Assembly: GCA_038087875.1 (NCBI GenBank)
Contig: JAXLNO010000656.1
Coordinates: 62,001-126,000, forward strand
Reading direction: 5' to 3'
Length of the DNA: 64,000 nucleotides
Source: Malacoraja senta
Taxonomy: Eukaryota
The notes under the pieces are model-generated. The model was not told the DNA's origin. It searched no databases and was given only the letters and a program-made list of their open reading frames with translations. The position numbers and the translations under genes are program-made. Below, one piece after another: positions 38,201-49,927 of the stretch. How positions within the stretch are numbered: position 1 is the first letter of the stretch; every line of letters starts with the position of its first letter.

Positions 38201-38875
38201 CAAGTATCTTGGCATCAAATTGCAGAATGATCTGCGTTGGAATGGTCAGACTCATCATGCAACGGTGAAAGCAACAGGTGTCCTAAATTTTCTGAGGCGC
38301 AACTTTCATCATTGTTCAACTTCTGTCAAGGTGAAGCTATACTTCACCCTCGTTAGACCTCATTTGGACTACGCAGTTGCAGCATGGGACCCATACACAA
38401 ATAAAAACATTTCTTCCATCGAACGTGTCCAAAGACAGGCAGCTCGATTTGCTACTAACACCTATGAGAGAGAAGCGAGTGTTACCAAACTTCTGAATTC
38501 TCTGGGGTGGAACCCTCTCCAAGACAGACGTGAAGCTCACCGTTTGACCTGTTTTTACAAAATGTTAAATGGTCAGCTCAACATAGATTACAAGACCTAC
38601 ACCAAACCCAAACCAATTAGGAGCAGACGAGGACATTCGATCCAATTTGAGATTCCAGCTACCAAGACAGATGTGTACAGCAATTAATTCTTCCCCCGCA
38701 CAATTAAAGCATGGAATAATCTTCACCCTACCATAGTTACCCAACCAGATGCAACTAAATTTAAGGTAGCTCTTTCTTCCCAAAAACCCTTTCTGGCTTA
38801 AGTCCTCCCTCCACCACCTCCAGTTTAAATTCCATTTGGAATATTTTGGAGGACCAAGAAACCAAGAACCAAGAC
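35259..38875 (+). mobile_element. Nearly intact CR1/L2-group LINE: 2A-like peptide, PHD finger, AP endonuclease, RT
   Basis: LLSGDINLNPGP at 35283-35318; PHD (YPCG..IQCPMCTSWFHLNC..WLCPLC); endonuclease motifs (INCRS, ESWL, YRPP, GDFN, LDL, SDH); RT (QHAFR, LDFSKAFD, PQGTVLGP, FADD); C-terminal FFPRTIKAWNNL; stop at 38799-38801; (ACCAAGA)n tail at about 38855-38875. Three lesions seen. Confidence 0.92.
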
Positions 38876-39626
38876 CGTTTTTTGTGTTTTTTTGTCTTTA
38901 TGTGGGGGGAAGAGGGTACGGTAAGGGGGATACCGTCCCTCAGTCGCTTCCTGGAGAGGACGCGACTATTTTTTGAGTCGCGTCCTCGCCCCCCCCCCCC
39001 TGCGGCCTACCTACTGGATTGGCGCGGCCTTTCCTGCCAGGACCGACCAGAACTCCAGCAGCAGCGGCGCAGCGTTGTATACATCGCGGGGCAGGCGATG
39101 CCTTACCGGGGATTTCCGTTTGGAGCTCCGGAGTGCTGGGCCTGCTGCACCGACCTCACGGAGCTGTGGTTCGCGGATCTCCCAACGCAGCGCTGACCAA
39201 CATCGCGGAGTCCTGCGACTCCGCCCGGCTCGGCCTGTGGACTTTGGGAGCCGCGGAATCCGGAGGGAGGTGGCTGATTTGGAGGTCCGGGCCGCTGAGG
39301 ATGTTCTCCGTCGGGGTTCGGCGTCGGGGTTCGGCGTGAGGGCCTGAACATCGGGCCGCCCGTGGCGGCGACTGCAGGTGCTCGGGAGGCCCCGACCACG
39401 GGTGAACATCTGTGAAGATCGGCGGGGAGGCGGGCTGGACTTCCTTAACTTTGGTGCCGCTGTGGGTTTATGTTGTGTCGTGGACTTCTGTGTTTGTGCT
39501 TTTTTAATTTTAATTTTTGTATTTATTTATTATTTATTTTTATGATACATGACTGTAAGGAAAATCCATTTTGTTGTCTCTTATGAGATAATGACAATAA
39601 ATTGAATACAAAAATACAAATACAAA
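38876..39626 (+). mobile_element. GC-rich non-autonomous retroposon, 3' part (5' part at 35189-35258, split by the LINE)
   Basis: T-rich/G-rich leader continues from 35189-35258; 3' stem-loop ttgtctc-ttat-gagataa, AATAAA, then (ATACAA)n tail. Confidence 0.6.
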
Positions 39627-40337
39627 TGCAATTAATGTTTGAAAAAGATTATGAAATCTTAAGAGATAGGAATGACAGTAGCTTCCAAGATTAGTATCTG
39701 ATGGTAGAATGGCAGTTTTGTCTTTACAAATAACTTAGTAATTCAAGAATTTAGTTAACCATATAAAACAACTATTACTGTTTATAAGAATTTCAAATGG
39801 TTTTCATATCTCATTTATGGAGACAATCCATTGTGAACATAATGCATGCGTTTAAATCACAGAAGATTTCAAGGAAATATTTCTTGTTTTGGTTTACTTA
39901 TTATATTGAGCTCTTTCAATAACTTTAGGCAAATCAGGTTGTTCATTTTAAAACTATATTGTCTGATAGCAAAATCTTTAATGATTATTGGCAATTTTGA
40001 AAAATTGCACATTTACACTTTATTAATTTTGTCACTTTGTGCAGCTCATTTAACTGAGGAAATATTATATTCATAATTTTTTTTAGAGCAAGTTGGGAAA
40101 CAGAAGCTTGCAGAAGACAGTTTTATTAGTGGTTTGTTTGTCACCAATGTGTTACCAGGAAACTGTTATTGAGGTAGCGAGAAACAACTTGCTTTCTGTT
40201 TGAGGATGAATTGAGGCTCACTGGTCCGGCAGTGGCATTCGATTGTTGATACGGAAAAGTGATTGAAATGGAACAGGGGGAATGAGGTGTCTAGGATAGT
40301 GAGGATGAGCTAGAGTTACCATTTAGGACATCAATAG

Positions 40338-43300
40338 TACATCAATTATTTGGACTGCATCGGTGCTATATCCTGCTCCCATGCGGAACACACTGACTTC
40401 ATACATTTCACCACTAACTTCCTTCTGTCACTCAAATTCACCTGGACCATTTCCGACATCTCCCTACCATTTCTAGACCTCACCTTCTCCATCGCAGGTA
40501 ACAGACTACTGACCGATATCTACTACAAACCCACTGACTCCCATGGCTATCTGGACTACACTTCTTCCCACCCTGCTTCCTGTAAGGACTCTATCCCCTG
40601 CTCCCAATTCCTCCGTCTATGCAGCATCTGCACCCAGGATGAGGTGTTCCACACCAGGGCATCGGAGATGTCCTCATTCTTTAGGGAACGGGGGTTCCCC
40701 TCTTCGACTATAAATGAGGCTCTCACCAGGGTCTCCTCTATATCCCGTAACTCCGCTCTCACTCCCCATCCCCCCAATCGTAACAAGGACAGAGTCCCCC
40801 TTGTCCTCACCTTCCCCCCCCTACCAGCCGTCGCATATAACATATAATCCACCGACATTTTCGCTACCTCCAACGGGATCTCACCACTGGCCACATCTTC
40901 CCACCCCCTCCTCTTTCTGCTTTCCGCAGAGACCGCTCCCTTCGTAACTCCCTGGTTGTAGATTAATCCCTATTAACAAATACCATTTGGCATCAATTCA
41001 GCCAGTGAAGTTTTCCAACGTTCTATGGAACAACTATTTACTGGCTACCCATGTGAGATAATCGTGGACGACATCCTGATCGGCGGGCGCAACACACAAG
41101 AACATGACTCAAACCTGAAGCGGGTCGTGGATCGTGCAAGAGAGGTAAACCTCAAACTCAACCCCCTCAAATGCAGGTTTCGGGTCAACGAAGGGACTTA
41201 TGTGGGCCACGTGTTTACTAACAACAGCCTCAGGCCAGACCCTTCTAAAACCATTGTCATCAATGAAATGCCAGCACCTACGGATGTGACAGCTCTACAA
41301 CGATTTCTAGGCATGGTAAACTACCTGGGAAAATTCATCCCAAACTTCAGCGAGCTGTCAGCCCCGCTGCAACAACTGACCCACAATCATGCACACTGGT
41401 CCTGGCACCAGCAGAGGGCATTTGAAACCCTCAAACAACTAATGTCTTGCACCCCAACCCTCACAATTAGGTGCCGGGTTACCCGTCACCCTCACCTGTG
41501 ATGCCTCCCAGTATGGACTGGGTGCCACTTGCCTACAAGACGACGGGAAGGGTCCCAGACCAGTTGCCTATGCCTCCCGTACCATGACCAACACTGAACA
41601 GCGCTACGCTCAAATCGAGAAGTAGCTACTCGCGGTAACTTTTGCCTGTAAGAAATTCAAGGACTTTATCTTTGGCAACCCGATCACGATTGAAACTGAC
41701 CACCAGCCCCTGGTCAGTATCCTCAGTAAACTGATCCACACGGCACCAGCGCGGTTACAACACCTGATGATGGAACTACAGAAGTATGACATCAGACTAA
41801 CCTTCAAACCCGGTAAGGATATGCACTTAGCTGACACCCTCTCACGGGCACCTCGCCCAACCTGCGAAAAACACCTGTCTGATAATGAGCACGAGGGGTT
41901 CACGGTTATGATGGTCTCCTGCCTTCCATCCGCGGGCTTAGACATCCTAGTGGCACAAACAGCTGCAGACAAAACGCTACAATCGCTTGCCACTGTCATC
42001 CGCCAGACAAACAGCACCACCTGCCGTTGGCTATCCGCCCTTTCTACCCTGTCCGCAACGAACTGGTCATTTAAGACGGCATTACAAAGAAAGGACATAA
42101 GGCAGTTATCCCGACCTCTCTTCTCGTCAAGTACGTTGATATTGTCCATGGGGGCCATCCTGCTGCAGAAATAACCCTCCAACATGCAAAAGGAATGCTT
42201 TTCTGGCCTGACATGGCTGACTATATTCTCGAGAAAGTTGCTGCCTGCCTGATTTGCAACAGCCTGACCCCGCACCAACCTAAACAACCACTTCTCCTGC
42301 ACCCCACACCGGACTTACCCTGGTCCACAGTAGCAGCCGACATCTTTGGGTGGCAAGGCAAACAATACCAATAGTCGATTCCTACTCGGGATGGTTTGAA
42401 ATCGACCTGCTCAGTAGCCCGACCTCAGCCATGGTCATTCAAAAACTCACTGGCCACTTTTCTGTCCATGGAGCACCCCTCAAGTTACTCTCAGACAATG
42501 GAACTCAATTCTCCAGCCAGCTCTTCAAGGATTTCGCGAAACGCTGGGACTTTCACCACACCACCAGCAGCCCCGAGTACCCGCATTCCAACGGCCTGGC
42601 CAAGCGCGCGGTAAGAAGTGCAAAACAACTAATGGAACGCTCACACAGGGCTGGCTCTGATGTCTATCTCAACCTACTCAACCTACGAAACATCGTCCGC
42701 GACCCTCTCCTGGGATCTTCGGCCGAACGACTCATGTCACGGCTAACACGCTCCACCCTGCCTATGGCCAAGCAACTGCTAGAACCACAAGTTCGCGCGC
42801 CGTCGGCGATCCAATCCCAGCTCCAACATCGCTGAGACATACGAAGAAAATACTATGATATAACCAGCTCCACTTCAACCACTCATCAAGGGACTGGTTG
42901 TCCACTTACGGTCGCTCAGAGGCTATGACCGCCTCGGAGTCATTCTGGGGTCAACCGCGGAGCCACGCTCATACCTGGTCAGTGTTGACAATGGCATCTA
43001 TCGATGCACCCGCCAACACCTCCTCCCGGTTAATGAAACAGCACCTTCCCGTCCTTACCCTGACCAGCCTGTTAGTCTTCCCTCGCGCTCTACGAATGCA
43101 ACTCCAGCGTTTCCTCTACTGATGCCAGCACCATCCCTGCCTTCCCTGGTGCCCCCATCTCCACCGGTGTCTTCTCCTCCGCGTTCACCCAATAAGGGAC
43201 TTGCTTCCTCAGAGAAGGATGAGGCGCATGAGGGGTACCACCGTACACATGCAGGTCGTGTCTGTAAGCCAAACCCGCTGATTGGAAAGTTCACCGGCAA

Positions 43301-44330
43301 TACTTGAACTCTGCATGGCCCGTTTTGTTTTATGTGTTCATATATGCACAAGCATGTACAAGTAAAATAAGAAATGCACACACCTTATACTGGTGTTTTA
43401 CAATATATACTCCACTAACCACATGCTTTGCTTCTTTAAGAGGAAGGATGTAGATTAACCTTTTATTAATCCATGCCATTTATGATCTCCACTGCACATA
43501 TATGCATGCCACCCAGTACATGGTATAACGGTACTACATGGTACTACACTAACAAGGTCAGCCAGCTCTCGGAGGCCACGCCAAGCTGGGTATGATTGGC
43601 TGGCAGTTTAAATATTCTGGATTACTTATGGAATAAAGACTAATCTTTCACTATGTATGTTGTCGTGGATCATTCACAAACAATGGTCAATTCGTCTCTT
43701 CCCACCCAAACCACCCCCTCCCCTGGTACTTTCCCTTGCAACCGCAGGAAATGCTACATGTCACTTTACCTCCCCCTCGACTCTATCCAAGGACCCAAGC
43801 AGTCTTTCCAGGTGAGGCTGAGGTTCACCTGCACCTCCTCCAACTTCATCTATTGCATCCGCTGTTCTAGGTGTCAACTACATCGGTGAGACGAAGTGCA
43901 GGCTTGGTGATCGCTTCGCCCAACACCTCCGCTCAGTTTGCAATAACCAACCTGATCTCCTGGTGGCTCAGCACTTCAGCTCCCCCTCCCATTCCGAATC
44001 TGACCTTTCTGTCTTGGGCCTCCTCCATGGCCAGAGTGAGTCCCACCGCAAATTGGAGGAGCAGCACCTCATATTTTGCTTGGGTAGTTCACACCCCAGC
44101 GGTATGAACATTAACTTCTCCAATTTTAGGTCGTTCTTGCTTTCTCCCTCCTTCCCCTCCCCTTCCCAGCTCACCCACGGCCTACTGTCTCTGCCTCTTC
44201 CTTTCTTTTTCCCGTCCCCGCCCCCCACATCAGTCTGAAGAAGGATCTCGACCCGAAACATCGCCTATTTCCCACGCTCCATAGATGCTGCCTCACCGGC
44301 TGAGTTTCTTCAGCATTTTTGTCGACCTCC
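40338..44330 (+). mobile_element. Penelope-like element (RT C-terminal half, GIY-YIG, hammerhead tail) split by a Gypsy insertion
   Basis: ORF 40350-40847 (LKFTWTIS..LPFLDL..DIYYKPTDSHGYLDYTSSHP); resumes at 43688 with the GIY-YIG region (FIYCIRCSRC); hammerhead motif at 44235-44262. Confidence 0.9.
40957..43682 (+). mobile_element. Gypsy/Ty3 LTR retrotransposon, internally deleted (RT, RNase H and integrase remnants, complete 3' LTR)
   Basis: PFGINSASEVFQR, IIVDDILI (RT); CDASQYGLGA, AYASRTM..EQRYAQIEK (RNase H); VDSYSGW..SDNGTQF..SNGLAKRAV (integrase). PPT tttaagaggaagga at 43435-43448; 3' LTR 43449-43682 (TG...CA); TSD CTGGT/ATGGT. Confidence 0.92.
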
Positions 44331-44806
44331 AATTATTTGGACTTGGTCAGTGAACATATGAAAAATTAGAAAGTAATTTTAGCCATAAGCGAATGAGGTA
44401 GAGAACTTTTCCCAGCAACAAATCCAGGCTCAAAGAGAAGAGATTTGAACAAACCTCTTGGGTATCATTGTAAGAAAAAGAGTTGCTTTGCAGATAATGA
44501 CACAGGGGACCCTCTATAGACGACTGTTTCTTCCTGCCGACAAACCACTTATTTTGCACCACAGATTGTTCCCCATCAGCTGCCTCGAGTTGCTTGCGTT
44601 CCAGCTTTAAGACACCTATTTTGGCCCGGAATTTGTCCACAGAATGTCATGAAGTATTGCCATTATGTGAACTAGGCTCCCTGGTTATTACACATGGTTA
44701 GCTAATGGTTTGCTAGGTCACATTCCTATCCAGTATTTGAAATAGCCTGACTTTAGATAATACTAGTTGTATTTTGGGTTCATCTCTGGTGGCATGCCAC
44801 CCATGT

Positions 44807-45109
44807 GGGCGGCATGGTGGCACAGCAGTGGAATTGCTGCCGTACAGCGCCAGAGACATGGGTTTGATCCCGATACGGGTGCTGTCTATTCAGAGTTTGT
44901 ACGTTCTCCCCGTAACCTGCGTGGATTTTGTCCGGGTTCTCTGGTTTTCTCCCACACTCCAGAGACGTTCAGGTTTGTAGGCTAATTGGCTTAGTATAAT
45001 TGTAAATTGTCCCTATTGTGTAGGGTAATGCTAGTGTATGGGGATCGCTGGTCAGCATGGACTCGGTGGGCCGAAGGGCCCATTTCCACGCTGTATCTCT
45101 AAACTAAAC
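44807..45109 (+). mobile_element. tRNA-derived SINE (HE1-like)
   Basis: A box tggcacagcagtgg, B box ggtttgatcc, CR1-like tail gggccgaagggcc...ctctaaactaaac. Confidence 0.85.
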
Positions 45110-45343
45110 GTTCTGCATCCTTCCTTGGCATCGTCCAGGAGATGGGGATAATGCGGTGAGATTTTGAGACAAATCTAAACATTCTCAGGTAAAGTACACA
45201 ATAGTCACACACTACTGGAAGAAAATCTCAAGAAAAGGAGTACAACTTTTATATTGTTTTGTGGTTTAGATCGAGCAATAAGCTCCTCCTGACATGCTCC
45301 CATGTTACATTGGCTGTATATTCCTTGTCTACCTCTCCCCCCC

Positions 45344-48300
45344 TGTAGTGGCCATTTGGCCTGTTTTGCATGTCATTGAGGATGGCATGTGCCTTTAAAT
45401 TTTAGACTGCCCGTTATATTGTGGGTGGGATTTATGACGTGTTTTGGAGCATGTTTGGAGCTAAGATGCTTGCGCAGAAGTTTAGTTTTTAGTGTAGTTT
45501 GGAGCGAGCCAGGGAGAAGGTTAACCCTTCGACCATGCCAGATCATGCCAGATCATGTGAGCCATAAAGGAGATCATGTGAGTTCCAAAGGAGATCATGC
45601 TAGTGTTACGGAGACATGAGGAGTTTTCTAATGTTTAAAGTAATAAGCTGGAATTCGATGAAGATTGCAGTAACGTCGGAAGAAGTTTGGATGTAGTTTA
45701 CCGTTTTCTATCAACAATAAAGCATTTATTAATCAAAGGACTGTTTTTTTGAAGACTTATCTGAGAAGAAGCTCTGAACATCTCCGAGCCAGCGTATCGA
45801 AGCGCATGCGTATCGAAGACATTCCCCTTGTCCCTGCTCATCCATTTAGCGACTAGGGAGTTAATTTCCTGAAAGATATGAAAATCTGCCGCTACATTAA
45901 GTCGAAGGGAACCTCCGGCAGGGGGGGTTAAATACCAGTCCAAGGGAGTGGGACAGAAGATTAAGTCGAAGGAGACCTCCGTCACAGGGGTGATACAAGT
46001 CCCAGAGATTGGGATAGAAGATTGGCTAAGCTTCTTGGAGAGGTTTTAGCCAGTAGAAAGTGGTTCCAGTCGTGGAACTGAAGGAAATACTAGTCCCAGA
46101 GATTGGACAGAACAATGGCTAAGATTCTTGGAGAGGCTTAGCCAGAGGAGTCTGGTTCCAGGAGGAACTGAAGAAAATAGATCTCGGCCAGAGGAGGCCT
46201 TGAGGTCTATCGACAGCATCGAGACTTATCTGAAGACATATCACAGGATTTGTGAGTAGAAATTGATTATATTTCTTTGAATTTGAAGCCACAGCTTAAA
46301 TTTTAAATGGCAAATGTAACAGAGACTCAAAGTTTTTTCAGTCTGTATGGAGATTCCAGCCAGACCGACCTTGGATGGTTTTGAATCTTGTGATAAGCGC
46401 ATTCCATTTGAATTATCGTCATCTTTTAGCACTTGGAGATTGAAGAGATGTTCTCTACATTATCAGTATGTTATGGTTCTGAATGGAAATGTTGACAAAA
46501 CAAAGCCAGAGCTACTAGCAGAACACTCTGTTCGATTAATTTAAAGACTTGGCGATCTGCCTAGACCTCTTTAAAATCATGGAATCAGAAGATGAAGAAA
46601 GTGCCACGCCAGATGAACCACAAGGTGGTGTTGAGAGATCAATTAGACAACTTAAAGAAACCCCAAAAAAGGAGAACTCGATATGGGAACAAGTTAACGA
46701 ATCCATTGATAGCTACAGAAAACTCGTGTATCGAGAAGAAACAGATAATACACATACTGCCTGTTTAAGAGAAACCGAGAAAGAGAGAAACGACTTATGG
46801 AAACAGGTTACCAGATTAATTGAGAAACAGAAGAAACTAATGGAATCAGAACAGAACGTGATCATGGTGAAATCTAATATGAGCCAACTATGGAACCTCT
46901 ACCAGGAGGTTGGCAAGAAACAAGATTTACTGCTGTGTTTAGCGCCGTCTTGGGAAGAACGCAGAAGACACACCAGTGGGATGAAGACAAGAAGAAGATA
47001 TTCAATTGTTTCATGAAAAAGGCAGAGAAGTGGTTATCTGAAATTATACCACAACTTACGAGCTTAGTAGCTGGAAATACGAAGCAACAAGGTGCCAGAA
47101 TGGAAGATGAAATTACACGACGAGATAATATCTCCAATATATCTTCGCAAGGATCAAGACGTAAATCTGGTTCTTCAGCCAGTTCGGTATCGAGGGCTTC
47201 TGCTCGATTGGGAGTTAAAGCTGAGCTAGCTGCGCTCTCAATAGAAGTGGATGCCATGAAGAACAAACATGAGATTGAGCGACAAGAAGAACAAAAAGAA
47301 AGGATAAGACGACGAGATGAATGGATAAGGCGACTAGAAGAACGGATAAAGGAGCTCAGGCGACAAGAAGAAGAGATAATACAACGGAACGATCGGAGGA
47401 AGGAAGAGATGACGCGACAGCAGGAGGAGCTGAGGCGACGAAAGGAACAACTGGAAATAGACACAAAGATGGCGGTGGCCAAAGCAAAGGAGGAGCTACT
47501 GAAAAGAAATGGTTCAAGATGCAGCTCTAGATCATCGAGGACGATGAGCTCTGGACCAAGAAGAAAAACTGCTCCAAGTGAATCAGCATTTGGATCAATT
47601 CCACAACCGAGGTTTACCGGATTTCTAGGCTTTGAAAACCCATTGAAACAAAGTAAGATGGGTAAAACTTCATCTAAGCAAATGGGTGCTAGATCGAAAC
47701 CCACTAATATTGGAGCGTCTGTGGATGCTCGAGACAAACCAATAGCGGACCACGCTTTTTCGAGGCCTGGTGCACAGGTTCAAGCAAGCCAGTTTGAATC
47801 ACAAAGGCCTGTTTATCAACATGTGGAGCCAAGCCAGAGTTATCAGGATGGATTATTGGCACTGTTGAATAGGCAATCTGAATTCAACGAGATCATAGCT
47901 CGACAGAATACCTCTCTCATTCTACCACCAGTAGAAATTCCTATGTATGGTGGAGATCCTTTGCAGTATGAAGCTTTCGTAAGGGCATTAGAGGAAATAT
48001 TAGAAACGAAAGTTATGGATGAAAAAGAACGTTTACGATTTCTGGTGAAGTACACAAGTGAAAGTGTGAAAGAGCTTGTGGAAAGTTGTCAGAAAGAGCA
48101 AGGCAACCATGGCTATAAAAAGGTGAGAAGATTACTTAAAGAATGTTTTGATGATGAACAGAGGATTGCTAATGCTTACATGGAGAAGGCCCATGCTTGG
48201 AAATAAATCAAGCCGGAAGATGGGGAGGCATTGAGTAATTATGCAATATTTCTGAGAAATTGTTGTAGCTCGATGAGAAATCTCGGCCACATGGAAGAAA

Positions 48301-49131
48301 TGAATCTTCCGAGTTCTACTAGAATCATCTTTAACAAACTGCCCAGAAGAATGAGAGAAAAGTGGAGAGATGAAGCAGGCAAAATTAGAGATGAAAGGAA
48401 GCAAATAGCCAGGCTATCAGACCTGGTGGAATTCTTGGACAGGGAAGTACGGAACATGTTAGAACCACACTGGACTATTGAAGATTACAAACAGATTGCA
48501 ACATAGGTTCTACCTTTACTAAAATTGAAGAAAGATCAGAACCTATGAGAAATAGTTTTGCTATCACGACCATACCTGTGGAAAAGACAGATAGAAAGAA
48601 AGGAAATGGGTCTACTAGCAAGCAAATAGTATTTTGTTTGTTATGTGATGAAGTTAGTCACACCATAAGATGGTGTTGAAGATTCAAGACGAATGAATAT
48701 GAAGACAAGATGGATTTCTTGAAGGAGAAGGGAATCTGTTTTGGATGTTTGAAAAAAGGACATATGGTGAGAGACTGTAAGAGTCCTATAATTTGTTATG
48801 AGTGCAGGCAATATCATCCTGAAGCACTTCACACTGAAGAAGAGCTACCAGAGCATTGGGAAGAAGAAGAAGAACTGGAATAAATGGATGATGAGTTACC
48901 AGAGCAAATAGATGAATATGAACTGGAGCAAACAGAACGGGGCAAGAAGCCAACTATTGGAAATGCTATCACCTCGCCTCAAGTAACTGCTCATATTGGG
49001 GCCGGGGTTGAAGCTTGTAACTTTTCTATCTTACCAGTACAGGTAAGAAATAGTAAGACGAATACAGTGTTGTAAACATATGCTTTTCTGGATCACGGAT
49101 GTCCGACGTGCAGATATGAAAATCTGCTGCT
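45344..49131 (+). mobile_element. BEL/Pao LTR retrotransposon: 5' LTR (45344-45896), gag and protease start; pol deleted
   Basis: Gag ORF 46890-48206 with coiled coil and DUF1759-like PPVEIPMYGGDPLQY..ERLRFLVKYT; Cys/His knuckles CFGCLKKGHMVRDC..CYECRQYHPEALH at about 48735-48835; protease ILPVQV..TYAFLD at about 49028-49095; LTR-end-like GATATGAAAATCTGCTGCT at 49113-49131. Confidence 0.9.
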
Positions 49132-49215
49132 CCCCCAGCATTGAGGGAGCTGATTCCGCAGTCTTCCAACGAAGCCAGGGAGCACAGAGGTGATTTCCAT
49201 TGTTTAATAGAAACC

Positions 49216-49927
49216 ACCAGGGAGCGCCGCACGATGGCAGCCTCACCAACAGTCTGTCTGTCTTTCCGTCTTTTTTTAAATTTTTAGTGTGTTTTAAAAG
49301 TTTGTGTCAATGTCCTCTGGTTTGTTTTATGTAGGGGTTGGGGAGGGTGTCGGGGGAAACTTTATTTTCAATCTCTTACCTTGCCGGAGATGCGTTTGTT
49401 TTCCGGATCGTATCTCCGGTCGCTCTGCGGTCTACCATCATGGAGCTGGAGGCCTTGATCAGGACTGACTTCCAGCCCCACCGAGGGGGCGTGGACTTAC
49501 CGTCGGAGCCAAACCCTTGCCTGAGATCAATGCTCTAACCGCGGCGGCCTGTGGATTTCAACATCGAGGAGCTCGCTGTCTCGGATAGAGACCGGTGTTG
49601 GGAAGCTCCAGACGATGCAGAAGGTTCGACCAGCCCCGACCCGGGGTTGATCGTCCCAGCGCGGGGGAGCTGAGACCCCCCCCGATACGGAGCTTGATCG
49701 CCCCGACGTGGAGGAGTCGAGGCCCCCGACTGCGGGAGAACAAAGAAGGGAAGAGATTTAACTTTATTTTCGCCTTCCATCACAGTGGGGAATGTGGAGG
49801 AGTCACTATGGTGGATATTTATGTTAAAATATATTTTGTATGCCGTGTTGCTTTTTATGAGGACTGTATAGCAAATCAAATTCCTCGTATGTTGCAAAAC
49901 ATGGCTGATAAAGTATGATTATGATTA
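49216..49927 (+). mobile_element. GC-rich non-autonomous retroposon
   Basis: Same architecture as 20541-21380: CG-rich head, T-rich stretch, GC body, tccatcacagtg hairpin, LINE-type tail with (ATGATT)n. Confidence 0.6.

Noticed and set aside
44807..44880. tRNA-like A/B boxes
   Set aside because: SINE head, not a tRNA gene; no cloverleaf, and it continues into SINE body and tail.
46874..47737. 287-aa antisense ORF
   Set aside because: Mirror of the purine-rich coiled-coil region of BEL gag; Ser/Leu-rich with no domain.
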